From Coxiellaceae bacterium (GTDB lineage Bacteria > Pseudomonadota > Gammaproteobacteria > JAJRRL01): DNA of 64,000 nt. Positions 40,820 to 51,500 of this stretch are shown one piece after another (position 1 is the first letter of the stretch; every line of letters starts with the position of its first letter). Below the pieces are notes generated by a model, which saw only the letters and a program-made list of their open reading frames with translations, was not told the origin of the DNA and did not search any database. The stretch is from assembly GCA_047404195.1 (NCBI GenBank), contig JBDOIU010000005.1, positions 75,643 through 139,642 of the forward strand. The letters are read 5' to 3'. Made by a program: the position numbers and the translations under genes.

Positions 40820-42007
40820 ATGTCGCATTCAGCTACGACTAACCAGTCACAGGGTCGCCACATGTTGCTATGTTGTCTACTGGGGTTGGTAGCCAGTATT
40901 GCATATTATAGTACTAAAGCAGATGCGCTCAGCTTCAGTGATCAATTACCCTTTTTGTTACATGCGAAACTGTCTCTCTATTTTGCATTGTTATTTTGTT
41001 GCTTGTTACTGGCCTTTTCTGTTTCTTCAGAGGCACAACTGAACCTGACAAAGTGCCTGGTTGCTACTGCTGTTACGGTGATGATTTTTATGATGTCATT
41101 GCAGCATATCGTCGTGATGTCCTATGTCTTTCTCAGTGCTAATTTATTTATGTTTTTGTTTGTAGTGTATGCGCGACAAGGTGGTTTCCGAGTCGATTAT
41201 CGTTATTATTTCGAGTCTGTTTGGAATACATTCAGTGTCAGCATCATCGCGTTGTTATTTGCGATATTTCTCTGGGCTACCTTACTGTGCTTGGCCTTTC
41301 TACTTAAGCTTGTGCATGTGAGCTTCCTAAAGGAGATCATGTCAAGTTATGGTTTTGGCATTATTCAGTTCGGTTTTTTTGTGGGTATAGCATTGGCAAC
41401 TGATCACCTGAATGCGTTGCTTGGATTACGTAAAATTGTTATCGCAGCATTTTCAATCATACTGCCACTGGTTTGTATCGCATTGCTGATAACAACCCCA
41501 ATATTGTACATCCACCTTTTCTCAGGTGACTTATTGCAATTCACACAGCATAGTAGTGTTGAATCAGTACTCATTGCTGCGAGTATTATTTTGCTCTTGG
41601 CGATAAATGCATATTACCAAGATGGCAGCCATGTGAATGAAGGCAGGAGGTGGCTGCGACTGACGTGGCGAATTGGCCTTTTTCTTGGTTTGGCTGCAGC
41701 TTTGTTATGTAATCTGGTTTTCTACAAAATCAATAACTGGATAGATCTATCTGATGGGCGATACATTAGTAGCTTCTTGCTAGCGTTTTTAGCTATATAT
41801 TTCGCTGGTTATTGTGTTGCTTTCATAGTGGGTAATAAACAGACTGCCATTGCCCGGGTCAATAAAGTGATGGTATGGGTTGTATTGAGTGCGAGCATAA
41901 TAATGGGATCACCGCTTTACAATTCTGTTATGCCGTCATCAGTGGATCACACCACGACATCTGTGCCACCAAAGCAAGCGCCTAGCAGCACAGATCAGTC
42001 ATCTTAA
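40820..42007 (+). CDS. Multi-pass membrane protein (DUF4153-like)
   Basis: About 11-12 hydrophobic segments, Y..YFESVWN and LLAINAYYQDG. GGAGG RBS before ATG 40820. Confidence 0.65.
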   Translation: MSHSATTNQSQGRHMLLCCLLGLVASIAYYSTKADALSFSDQLPFLLHAKLSLYFALLFCCLLLAFSVSSEAQLNLTKCLVATAVTVMIFMMSLQHIVVMSYVFLSANLFMFLFVVYARQGGFRVDYRYYFESVWNTFSVSIIALLFAIFLWATLLCLAFLLKLVHVSFLKEIMSSYGFGIIQFGFFVGIALATDHLNALLGLRKIVIAAFSIILPLVCIALLITTPILYIHLFSGDLLQFTQHSSVESVLIAASIILLLAINAYYQDGSHVNEGRRWLRLTWRIGLFLGLAAALLCNLVFYKINNWIDLSDGRYISSFLLAFLAIYFAGYCVAFIVGNKQTAIARVNKVMVWVVLSASIIMGSPLYNSVMPSSVDHTTTSVPPKQAPSSTDQSS

Positions 42008-43008
42008 GCGTCTACTGTTGGCATGAGGCCCAGTTCGGCAACCGTGTCACGCTCTTGCTTGAGTTCTTGCAGTGAGGCATCGAAGCGGGTCTGTGCATCG
42101 GCGTCAAACTCATAGCCAGTAACGATCTCACAACGGCCGTTAACAGTCTTACATGGAAATGAAAAGATGATATCGTTCGGTACACCGTAATCAGCTTGAT
42201 TGCTCACCCGCGCCATAGAATAGACCTCACCTGCAGGCGTCTCGGTTATCAATGCACGCACACCATCTACGATCCCATTTGCAGCGGATGCAGCTGAAGA
42301 AGCACCCCGTGCTTGAATGATCGCAGCGCCGCGCTTTTGCACGCATGGGATAAAGGTGTTATCCAACCAATCATTGTCATTTAAAACAGCTGTTGCTGAC
42401 TGACCATTAATGCTGGCGTGATGCGCATCTGGGTACTGTGTTGCTGAGTGGTTGCCCCAAATGATAGCGTTTTTAACATCACTCACAGCGACGCCCGCTT
42501 TTTGTGCCAATTGTGTTGTTGCACGATTTTGATCCAGCATGGTCATGGCATAAAAATTTTCATTGGGGATACGTGGAGCGTGTTGCATTGCGATCATGCA
42601 GTTGGTATTGCAAGGATTTCCAACAACAAATACGCGCACGTCTTCTGCTGCATGTTCATTCAGAGCTTGGCCCTGTGCTTTAAAGATACCACCGTTCATA
42701 CCTAAAAGGTCGGAGCGCTCCATACCTGCTTTGCGAGGCGCTGAACCTATTAATATGGCCCAATTGGTATCTGCAAAAGCAACCTCTGCTTGATCTGTCG
42801 CGATGATATGATCAACCAACGGAAAGGCACAATCATTCAGCTCCATGACAACACCTTGTAGCGCAGATAAAGCGGGTGGTATTTCAAGTAATTTGAGTGT
42901 CAAGCGCACATTGGGTCCAAAGACCTCGCCGGCAGCCAAGCGAAACAAAAATGAGTATGCAATTTGACCAGCTGCACCGGTGACGCTGACTGTGAGATGT
43001 TGTGACAT
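42004..43008 (-). CDS. mdh: Malate dehydrogenase (MDH type 2)
   Basis: Motifs [55 protein letters not shown] and [10 protein letters not shown]. Confidence 0.97.
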   Translation of the reverse strand: MSQHLTVSVTGAAGQIAYSFLFRLAAGEVFGPNVRLTLKLLEIPPALSALQGVVMELNDCAFPLVDHIIATDQAEVAFADTNWAILIGSAPRKAGMERSDLLGMNGGIFKAQGQALNEHAAEDVRVFVVGNPCNTNCMIAMQHAPRIPNENFYAMTMLDQNRATTQLAQKAGVAVSDVKNAIIWGNHSATQYPDAHHASINGQSATAVLNDNDWLDNTFIPCVQKRGAAIIQARGASSAASAANGIVDGVRALITETPAGEVYSMARVSNQADYGVPNDIIFSFPCKTVNGRCEIVTGYEFDADAQTRFDASLQELKQERDTVAELGLMPTVDA

Positions 43009-43023
43009 AGAGCCTCCTCTGAG

Positions 43024-43839
43024 TTATTTAAAGCACAAATCGACAAGATGCGTTGCGGCGCGGGCATCAGCCATAGCCACAAAGCTTGAGTTGAGTATGC
43101 TCGCCTTGCGGTTGTATTGCAATGGTTTTCCATCGCTAGAGAGTACAGCACCACCCGCCTCCTGTAATATGCACTGTCCAGCGGCTGTGTCCCACTCGCT
43201 GATCGCGTGGCGTTTAGGGTAGAAATCACCCTCACCAGCCGCCAGCAAGCAGAATTTGAGCGAACTATTGATGTGACGCAGGCTATGCCGTGGAAGGTGT
43301 TTGGCCAGATGCTCTTGCCAATAATGTGTTTTGCCATAGCATCCTAACATCACAGTGGGAGCGGCTTCATCGTAACGTTTGCCTTGACAGCGGGTTTCTG
43401 TGCCATCTGGGTGGTGTTGCCAGGCGCCTTCTCCTTGTGCGGCGGAGTAATATAGCTCTTCAACAGGTGCTACTACGATACCCATAGATACTTCATGCGC
43501 ATGGATCAGCGCTATATTGACTGTAAACGATGCGCGATTCTCCACAAAACCACGCGTGCCGTCTAGCGGATCGATCAGCCAGTATGTTGACCACTGCTGG
43601 CGCTCCTCGAAGCTAGGCAGGGCTTGCTCTTCTGTAATGATTGGGTGTGGTGATAATTGTTTTAATCCTGACACTAAAACGGCATTGGCAGCATGATCTG
43701 CGAGTGTTACTACGGTATCATTTTCCTTGTGGCTGATACCAAGGTCAGCGTCGGTATAATCACAGTATGGCAAAATCGCATCACCAGCACGTTTTGCCAG
43801 TGCGAGTAGCTCAGAGCGAAGCGTCGATACATTGTTCAT
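43024..43839 (-). CDS. cysQ: 3'(2'),5'-bisphosphate nucleotidase CysQ
   Basis: Motifs VT.AD, YWLIDPLDGTRGF, FTVNIALI, SSLKFC and EWDTAAGQCIL.EAGG. Confidence 0.93.
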   Translation of the reverse strand: MNNVSTLRSELLALAKRAGDAILPYCDYTDADLGISHKENDTVVTLADHAANAVLVSGLKQLSPHPIITEEQALPSFEERQQWSTYWLIDPLDGTRGFVENRASFTVNIALIHAHEVSMGIVVAPVEELYYSAAQGEGAWQHHPDGTETRCQGKRYDEAAPTVMLGCYGKTHYWQEHLAKHLPRHSLRHINSSLKFCLLAAGEGDFYPKRHAISEWDTAAGQCILQEAGGAVLSSDGKPLQYNRKASILNSSFVAMADARAATHLVDLCFK

Positions 43840-43975
43840 TTTATGACCCCTGCTGTCATTTTGAATGGACATTTAACACACACTAAGATTAGCAGGCGCT
43901 TGAATTGAGTGCAACGTTGACTACAGTTCTGTCTATTAATACGGTATGATGTGTAAAGATTATTTGGGAGGCCGA

Positions 43976-44950
43976 ATGGGCGCATCATCTGAACATAATA
44001 ACCGTCTGTCAGACTTATCTACTTGGTTACAAAGTTGGCAAGCTGACACCATGAGCATGCTGGAAGCGCTTGAGTCAACGCAACGCTTTGAGCGTGATGC
44101 ATGGTCTTGCGATGACTTAGGTGGTGGTGTGAGTTGCGTATTGCAAGGTGGCGACATCATTGAGAAAGCCGGCGTTAATTTTTCGCATATACGTGGCAAG
44201 GCCTTGCCTGCTAGCGCTAACCCAGGTCGCCAGCACTTAGAGGGGCATCCCTTCGAGGCGTTAGGCGTTTCTATCGTGGTGCACCCTAACAATCCTTTTA
44301 TACCAACGACGCATGCTAACTGCCGTTTTTTTCAATCCTTTGCTCCCAGCAACGGTGATAATAAAAAACGCTGGTGGTTTGGTGGTGGCATTGACTTGAC
44401 ACCCTACTACGGTGATGTAGCTGATTGTGTTGCTTGGCACAGTGCTGCAAAGAAGGCCTGTGATGCTTTTCAGCCTGGTGTTTATGAAGAATACAAAGCC
44501 TGGTGTGATCGCTATTTTTATTTACCACATAGGCAAGAGGCGCGCGGCATTGGTGGGTTATTTTTTGATGATGTGAATAATGCCAGTTTCGAGGTGTGCT
44601 TTGGATTTATTCAGCAAGTGGCTGCGGCGTTTAATCACAGCTATGCAGGCATAGTAGCGCGGCATAAAAACAAGACTTGGGCGGCACAACAAAAGGCTTT
44701 CCAGCAATATCGTCGTGGGCGATATGTCGAATTTAATTTACTATACGATCGGGGTACGCTATTTGGTTTGCAGTCCAATGGTCGTACTGAATCCATACTC
44801 ATGTCAATGCCGCCAAGTGTAAGCTGGCCATATCAATGGCAAGCTACAGCGGGTTCTGTCGAATCACAACTCATCAGTGATTTTCTGACACCCAAGGATT
44901 GGTTGGCTTTGGCGCAGCTAGAACAACATTCAACGGAGTTACAGAGGTAG
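43976..44950 (+). CDS. hemF: Oxygen-dependent coproporphyrinogen III oxidase
   Basis: Motifs EKAGVNFS, HPNNPF.PT.HAN.R, WWFGGG.DLTP and RRGRYVEFNLLYDRGTLFGLQ. Confidence 0.97.
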   Translation: MGASSEHNNRLSDLSTWLQSWQADTMSMLEALESTQRFERDAWSCDDLGGGVSCVLQGGDIIEKAGVNFSHIRGKALPASANPGRQHLEGHPFEALGVSIVVHPNNPFIPTTHANCRFFQSFAPSNGDNKKRWWFGGGIDLTPYYGDVADCVAWHSAAKKACDAFQPGVYEEYKAWCDRYFYLPHRQEARGIGGLFFDDVNNASFEVCFGFIQQVAAAFNHSYAGIVARHKNKTWAAQQKAFQQYRRGRYVEFNLLYDRGTLFGLQSNGRTESILMSMPPSVSWPYQWQATAGSVESQLISDFLTPKDWLALAQLEQHSTELQR

Positions 44951-44956
44951 CACATT

Positions 44957-46450
44957 ATGGCAAACAAGACAGCAATTACACCGACGCGTTCAGAAGATTA
45001 TGCCGCCTGGTACCAGGCAGTGATTAAAGCGGCAGATATGGCTGAGCATTCTCCTGTGCGTGGCTGTATGGTCATCAAACCTTGGGGTTATGCTGTATGG
45101 GAGCGTATTCAAAGCTTGATGGATAAGACATTAAAGCGCCGGGGAGTGAGTAATTTTTATTGTCCGCTATTTATTCCGCTGAGTTACTTTCAAAAAGAGG
45201 CGGAGCAAGTTGAGGGTTTTGCAACTGAATGCGCCGTGGTGACACATCACCAGCTGCGCAAGAACAGTGATGGTGAATTACAGCCGGCGGGTGAGTTGGA
45301 GGAGCCACTGATTGTGCGCCCTACTTCTGAGACAATTATTGGTGAGATGGTTAGCCGGTGGGTGCAGTCTTATCGTGATTTACCCATGAAACTAAACCAA
45401 TGGGCGAATGTTGTGCGCTGGGAAATGCGCACACGGTTATTTTTACGCAGTAGCGAGTTTTTATGGCAAGAGGGCCACACAGCGCATGCGACTGAAGATG
45501 AGGCACTGGCAGAGGCGCGTGAGATGGCGAACGTGTATGCCGATTTTGCTGAAAACAACATGGCAATACCGGTGATTCGTGGCGAGAAAAGTCGAAACGA
45601 GCGTTTTCCTGGTGCAGTTAACTCCTTCACAATGGAAGCAATGATGCAAGATGGTAAGGCATTACAAGCCGGTACATCGCACTTTCTTGGGCAGAATTTC
45701 TCACGTGCCTTTGATATCACTTATACAGACAAAGATGAGCAACGTAAGCTGACTTGGACTACATCATGGGGAACATCAACACGTTTAATAGGCGCGCTCA
45801 TCATGGCGCACGCTGATGATGATGGCCTGGTATTACCACCCATCATTGCGCCAACGCAAGTTGTGATTTTACCACTATTAAAAAACAATCAAGACAACAG
45901 TGCCCTGCTCGATTACTGCGAGGCTTTGGCAGATCGCTTACGTGCGCATTCATTTGCTGGCGAGGAGATACGTGTACACATTGATATGCGCGATCAGCGC
46001 CCTGGAGAGAAGGCATGGTCATGGGTAAAGAAAGGTGTGCCTATTCGTTGTGAGATTGGTGCAAAGGAATTGCAGAACAACGCAGTCTATATGGGTTTAC
46101 GCCATAAGGCTTATCGTGACAAAACAGCTGTATCGCACGATGAGTTTATTGCTGACATAGCAAAAACATTGCAAGACATACAAGATGCCATTCATAAAAA
46201 GGCGCAAGACTTTAGAGATGCCAACTTGCAGCATTGCGATACGCAAGCAGCGCTAACTGATTTCTTTAGCAATGGCATTGGGTTCGCGACAGCGTATTGG
46301 CATGATCATGCTGATAATGATACAATTGAAAAACAGCTAAAAACAGACCACAATGTCACAGTGCGCTGCTTACTAGATAATAACAATACCGGACCCTGTA
46401 TTTTCAGTGGCAAGACAGGTCGTTTAGCGGTATTCGCAAAAGCCTATTAA
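44957..46450 (+). CDS. proS: Proline--tRNA ligase, archaeal/eukaryote-like type
   Basis: Motifs VRGCMVIKPWGY, RPTSETII, NQWANVVRWEMRTRLFLR, QAGTSHFLGQNF, TSWG.STR and C-terminal AKAY. There is no INS editing domain. Confidence 0.96.
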   Translation: MANKTAITPTRSEDYAAWYQAVIKAADMAEHSPVRGCMVIKPWGYAVWERIQSLMDKTLKRRGVSNFYCPLFIPLSYFQKEAEQVEGFATECAVVTHHQLRKNSDGELQPAGELEEPLIVRPTSETIIGEMVSRWVQSYRDLPMKLNQWANVVRWEMRTRLFLRSSEFLWQEGHTAHATEDEALAEAREMANVYADFAENNMAIPVIRGEKSRNERFPGAVNSFTMEAMMQDGKALQAGTSHFLGQNFSRAFDITYTDKDEQRKLTWTTSWGTSTRLIGALIMAHADDDGLVLPPIIAPTQVVILPLLKNNQDNSALLDYCEALADRLRAHSFAGEEIRVHIDMRDQRPGEKAWSWVKKGVPIRCEIGAKELQNNAVYMGLRHKAYRDKTAVSHDEFIADIAKTLQDIQDAIHKKAQDFRDANLQHCDTQAALTDFFSNGIGFATAYWHDHADNDTIEKQLKTDHNVTVRCLLDNNNTGPCIFSGKTGRLAVFAKAY

Positions 46451-46480
46451 TAGCATTTGAATATCTCATTGTAAAGCAAG

Positions 46481-46517
46481 GTACGCAGCATCCATAGCGT
46501 CGTATGATGCTGTGTAC
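46481..46517. terminator. Hairpin between convergent genes (possible terminator)
   Basis: GTACGCAGCATC...GATGCTGTGTAC imperfect stem 30 bp after the proS stop; no clear U-tract. Confidence 0.4.
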
Positions 46518-46600
46518 GTGAGATCGAATAAGCCTCAGATACTGACCCACTCATCATAGACGTTTACAGATGCATATCAATGCAAGGGTATAGCTAGGTA

Positions 46601-48358
46601 TTAAGGTGATACGGTAGGTTTTGGCGTTGTGTTAGCATTGCACTGCGCTTTGTGAAATAACTTCTCTGCCTCTTTCAAGCTAGATGAAACCATAGTGAGC
46701 GGTGCTTTTGATTTGTCAATGGCATCGTAAAGCTCATGTGATATAGATTCGTATAGCGGATACTTCCGAAGGAATTGATCCTTGTCCTTGAGTTTGTAGT
46801 GCTCTCTCTGCTTTTTGTATCCACTTTCAGCTTTTTTGAAGTTTAGCATCGATAGTAGGTCCTCATATTTCACGGATTCCGGAAGCTTAAAGTGTTCTGC
46901 AATGGCACGTCTACAGGTGTCATCTTGAAGTAATTCATGCATGTCTTCACTGCTAAACTCGTAGTGCTTGCTTTTGCTATTGCTGTCAGTTAGAGGCCAT
47001 TCAATGCTAGCAACTCTATCAGGATCGACCCTAAATCCAAGTTCTAAGACAAATTGCTTGTAAGACTGAACAGTTGCATTTGTATCAATCTGTATCTTTT
47101 GGATTGGAAAGGCATTTAAAAAGTCAGCGTGTTTGGTGCAATCAAGTCCTCGCCCTTTAGCAAAGCAAGCTTCTAAAATTTGCCTATGTTTGTGCGAACA
47201 ATTTTTGAGCGCTTCATTTGTGGTTATTTTGTATTCCAAAGAAGAGGTATTTGAGCCCCCTTTTGCCAGTATTGCCTGTTCCACTTCTTGTCGCCTTTCC
47301 TGCTTGCTTTGCTCCATTCGCTCATGAATTGGATTTGCGGCATCTTCACCATTATCATTCTTTGTATCAGTATCAATTTTACGCATACGTTCATTTTTCT
47401 GCAAGCCGCGAACCACTAAGGCAGACAGTCCGGCCAGAACGCCGATTGCTATAAGTGATACTGTTGCGACCATGCCAACGCTAGGAATAATCAGGGTTAA
47501 AGCACCTGGCAATGCACCAACAACCGGTAACAACGCCGTTGCAGCCCATATACTTTTTGCTTGATTGTAGCGAGATTCTTTGTAGGAATCGATATGCGTC
47601 TTTCTTAATTCCTTTACATAATGATTGAGCGCTTCCTCAGTATAATCGCTTTTGAGAAGTGAAGAAATAAAATCTAGATTGTCCTGATGCAACAGTATTT
47701 TGAGGTTGTCATCTGAGTTTGGGTTAGTTATTTGTATAGAATATTTTGCGTATGGGTCATCCTCAACTTCACTGAGCTCAAATCCTAATACTCCTAGGGC
47801 ATGCAATATCTGAAAATGTTTTTGAAGTGTCTTAGAAAACCCCGGTGAAAATTCGTTCTTTTTTTGTGCTTGCTCACTTTCACCAGTTATGTCGGCATTT
47901 TTGTTGTAACGACAGACACACGTTAAATTATCTTTTGTGAATTCTGCACCTATATCTGTAAAACGCTGTAATTCAAATCCCTTTTCCGTAATAGATAGAA
48001 ACTCCCTAAATGGCAGCTTCACACCAGCTACACCACTCGAATCGCCTTTTTTATGAACTGTCAGCATGTGCTCATCAGTATCAAAGCCTAGTGCAATATC
48101 AAGCTCATGCCAGTTTGGGGCATATTGTGCCCCCTTAAGGGCTTCTATTATTGCCTTGAATTCGACACTGGTTACTTGCCATGCACTGAAAGGCACTCCG
48201 TTGATAACGCATTGTTTGAGAGTGAGTTTATCAGCATTCGGTTCAGACGACACACCGAGTTCATTCAAAATTTTAAATGCGGCTTCAACTGGTTCAGAGC
48301 TAAAAAGATCTTTATTAGTGAACAGTCTCTTAAAAACTGAGTTTGAATGAGTGCGCAT
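46601..48358 (-). CDS. Membrane-anchored hypothetical protein, effector-family member 1
   Basis: 585 aa with GAGGTG RBS and a central TM hairpin. Shares the pre-TM module (H..L..L.....VE..P..K.S....LLH..N) and AIA.HF.LP with the 48573 protein. Confidence 0.7.
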   Translation of the reverse strand: MRTHSNSVFKRLFTNKDLFSSEPVEAAFKILNELGVSSEPNADKLTLKQCVINGVPFSAWQVTSVEFKAIIEALKGAQYAPNWHELDIALGFDTDEHMLTVHKKGDSSGVAGVKLPFREFLSITEKGFELQRFTDIGAEFTKDNLTCVCRYNKNADITGESEQAQKKNEFSPGFSKTLQKHFQILHALGVLGFELSEVEDDPYAKYSIQITNPNSDDNLKILLHQDNLDFISSLLKSDYTEEALNHYVKELRKTHIDSYKESRYNQAKSIWAATALLPVVGALPGALTLIIPSVGMVATVSLIAIGVLAGLSALVVRGLQKNERMRKIDTDTKNDNGEDAANPIHERMEQSKQERRQEVEQAILAKGGSNTSSLEYKITTNEALKNCSHKHRQILEACFAKGRGLDCTKHADFLNAFPIQKIQIDTNATVQSYKQFVLELGFRVDPDRVASIEWPLTDSNSKSKHYEFSSEDMHELLQDDTCRRAIAEHFKLPESVKYEDLLSMLNFKKAESGYKKQREHYKLKDKDQFLRKYPLYESISHELYDAIDKSKAPLTMVSSSLKEAEKLFHKAQCNANTTPKPTVSP

Positions 48359-48572
48359 AATACACCTCTCTTAAATATAAATATCATCATTTATATTGTG
48401 ACATAAATACAGATATAGGTCAAACCTTTCAGGCTAAGATGTGTGCAGAAAGTGCTATCGGAACTTGTATTGTGCAGAGATTGAGTGGCTACCTCCACCA
48501 CGACTCACAATAAAGCACTGATGCAACAGCAACTAGCAAAAGCCAGTGCTGCGACATATGTGTGATTGTGCA

Positions 48573-51500
48573 TTACATGTTTGGCTTATTGCGGTCAGGA
48601 TCCGTATTCGAGCTGACACCGCCAGAATTGCCCCCTTTATCAGAGAATACACCAGCACTCGAAGCATTGCCATTCGCCGCTGCCGATTGTTCTTTGCGCT
48701 CAGCAAGCTTGTCTTGGATACGTTTGACAATCATGACCAATACGTCTCTTCCACACTCGGTAAGCTGACCATTATCATCATATTCACTTGTTAGTTTGGC
48801 GCGTTCGCATGTAATATTTTCAAGATGGCCATAGCTGGTTGTATATTCAATTTCTACTACCTGCTTCCTCAGTACGCCCTTCAGTTTAAATGGGCTCATA
48901 TTAGGGTCGATACCTACTAAGCTGATTTGATCAGCAATTTTATTAGCAGCCCGATCTTGGAGCCGTGGTTTCATTGCCTCTTCGTATGCGGTATGAAGAC
49001 TATCTACTTGTTCAGGGGTCAGCCTAACATTTGTATAAGCATCCGGCATGGTGATGTCGCATATCTTAAGGATATTACTAACATCACCTCTGCCTTTCTG
49101 CGAATCAACAGTCACTTTAATTGTAAAAAGTGCATCCTTTATCTTGCTGTATTTGTTCAAGCCTTGATCTACCAGCATTGTCGTAATCTCCTCTACTTGC
49201 GCATCTGTGGCCTCGTCCACTGCATTAGGCTGAGCTGCTGTATTTTTGTTACTTGCTTGGGCCTCGGCCTGAGCTACTTGCTGTGTTCTTGCACTGCGAC
49301 GACGAGCAAAGCTCTGAATCTTAACTGCTGCTGCTTTCTGCTTTGCTGTAAAATCGATATCGATAGCGTCCGGTGCAGCATTTTTGCGAGCTGAGTCCAT
49401 TGATGCAGACCTGCCTTTAGGGCCATCTACGCTATCATTTACTCTCGGAGTAGGTGCCGATTTGCTTCTACCTCGTCCATTCGTATCCTTGGCTCCTGGT
49501 ACATGAGTCCCATGGTTTTCAGCTGCTTCCTGCGCAACAGCCTGCTTTTCGAGCTGTGGTTTCATTGCCTCTTCGTACGCGGCAACCAGACTTTCTACTT
49601 GTTTAGGGATCAGCCTAAAATTTATATAAGCATCCGGCATGGTGATGCCGCATTTGCCAAGGATGTTGTGTACATCACCGTCCACATTCATCGAAGCTAC
49701 AGTGCTTTGTATTTCCAAAAGCACATTATGTATCTTTCTGTATTCTTCCAAGCCTTGATTTACCAGCATTTTCGTAATATCTTCTACTCGTTCGGTAGAG
49801 GTCTCAACTATAAACTCCATTTCCAGTATTTTTTGTTGGTATCGATTATATAGCTCCAAAATCTGTTCACGATTCAGCGACTGATTATTTATATTAAGCG
49901 ACATTTCAATGCCTAATGATTCACAAAGATCAGTCGTACTGCATACTGGTTTATCCCCATCTTCATTAGGATCATCGCACAGACTTTCTAAGTAATTAAT
50001 CTTTTTAGTATACCCCGCTAGCCCTTTATCAGTCAATGCGGCACTTATTTGATCCATTGCTTGTCGGGCTGCTGGGCTATCCTCCATGCATGCTGTCACT
50101 CCATCCCGTATTGTTTTGATATAATCTTTGAATGCTTTACTATAAGAACCACCAATTGATTTTTTAGCAGTCAGCTGTGGATTTGTTTTATCTAAGTTAA
50201 CGGCAATTAAAGCAGTTGGGTAATCTTTCTGTGCTTGTTGCAAATGTTTCAGAACAGTTCTCTGCTCATCAGCAGACAGCGCGCCACGCTTGGCGTTAAT
50301 TGTAGGCACAGGCACCATTACCATTATTGTTTTTAATGAAGCGTATTTATCAGTCGCCAGTAATTTTTTCATGGCTTTAAAGTAGTCAGCTTGGAGTGCA
50401 TCCCCAGACTTTAAAATACCAAATGAATGCTTATATGAGCTGTATTTATCTGCTAGTTTGTCGAATGATTTCCAATGCCCATAGTTAGCTGAAAAGGGTA
50501 AAAGGATTTTTGGCATATCAATACCGGTACCATCATAAGCTTGTTTAAGCAGCAGCATTCTATCTAAAAATGCCGCTGCGTTTTGGGTATTATTAATGGG
50601 GCGAGTCATATTTAGACAACGTAATGTGATGTTGTTTGCGACTGGTTGACGTTGAGAATTTAGTGCGCCACTATCGATCAACTCTTTTTTTTGCCGTAGT
50701 TTATTAAAGTTGACTTCGCTGTCTCCATTAAAATGAGGTGTGTGCGTTGTGCTAGACTCTATCGCACAACATGCCCTTAACTCACCATCGCTCACATCAA
50801 TAGGCAAATTGAAGTGATATGCTATGGCTTTTCTTGCTTTATCATCGGTACATGCAATAAATGCTGGCATTCGATCTGACCATGCTTGGTTCGCAAGCAC
50901 TTTTTTGAATGCTTCAAAACTTGTTCCCTTTCTCTTGCTGTCAGATGCCTGCGTTGCGTAGATCTTTAAACGGCTGTGGATGAGGCCTAGTTTGGGATTC
51001 GTCTTATATCCTTTCAAATGCGGGTTAGTTCGTATCCGAAAAGCATCGTCAGAGAAATTCTGCGTGCGTTTGAAATTCTCCGTAAAGCTATGAAGAAACT
51101 CACGTTTACGTGTACGTACATAAGAATCCACTGGGTTTTTGGCTTGATTACCATTAGTATTTAATGCATCTTCTTCAATTTTTTTAAGACGACTCTTCCT
51201 TGTGGCCCACCAAACTAATGCTGGGATCACGCCAAGGATTGCCAAAGCAAAGTATGCAAACTTCGCCAAGCCTTTTTGTCTTTTTGTATACGCTTCTACG
51301 CGCTTACCTTTAACCTCTTCAAACAAAGCTTCACGACCCTGTTTGCTGCTGGCTCGTCCAAGCGCAGTATGAATATAACTTATGTTTTCATCATGCAGCA
51401 ACACTTCCTGACCATCAAGAACAACAGAATGCTTCACGTGCGGGTTATTCTCAACAGCCTCTGTTCTAGCATCCAACCAAACAAGAGCCTCGAATACTTC

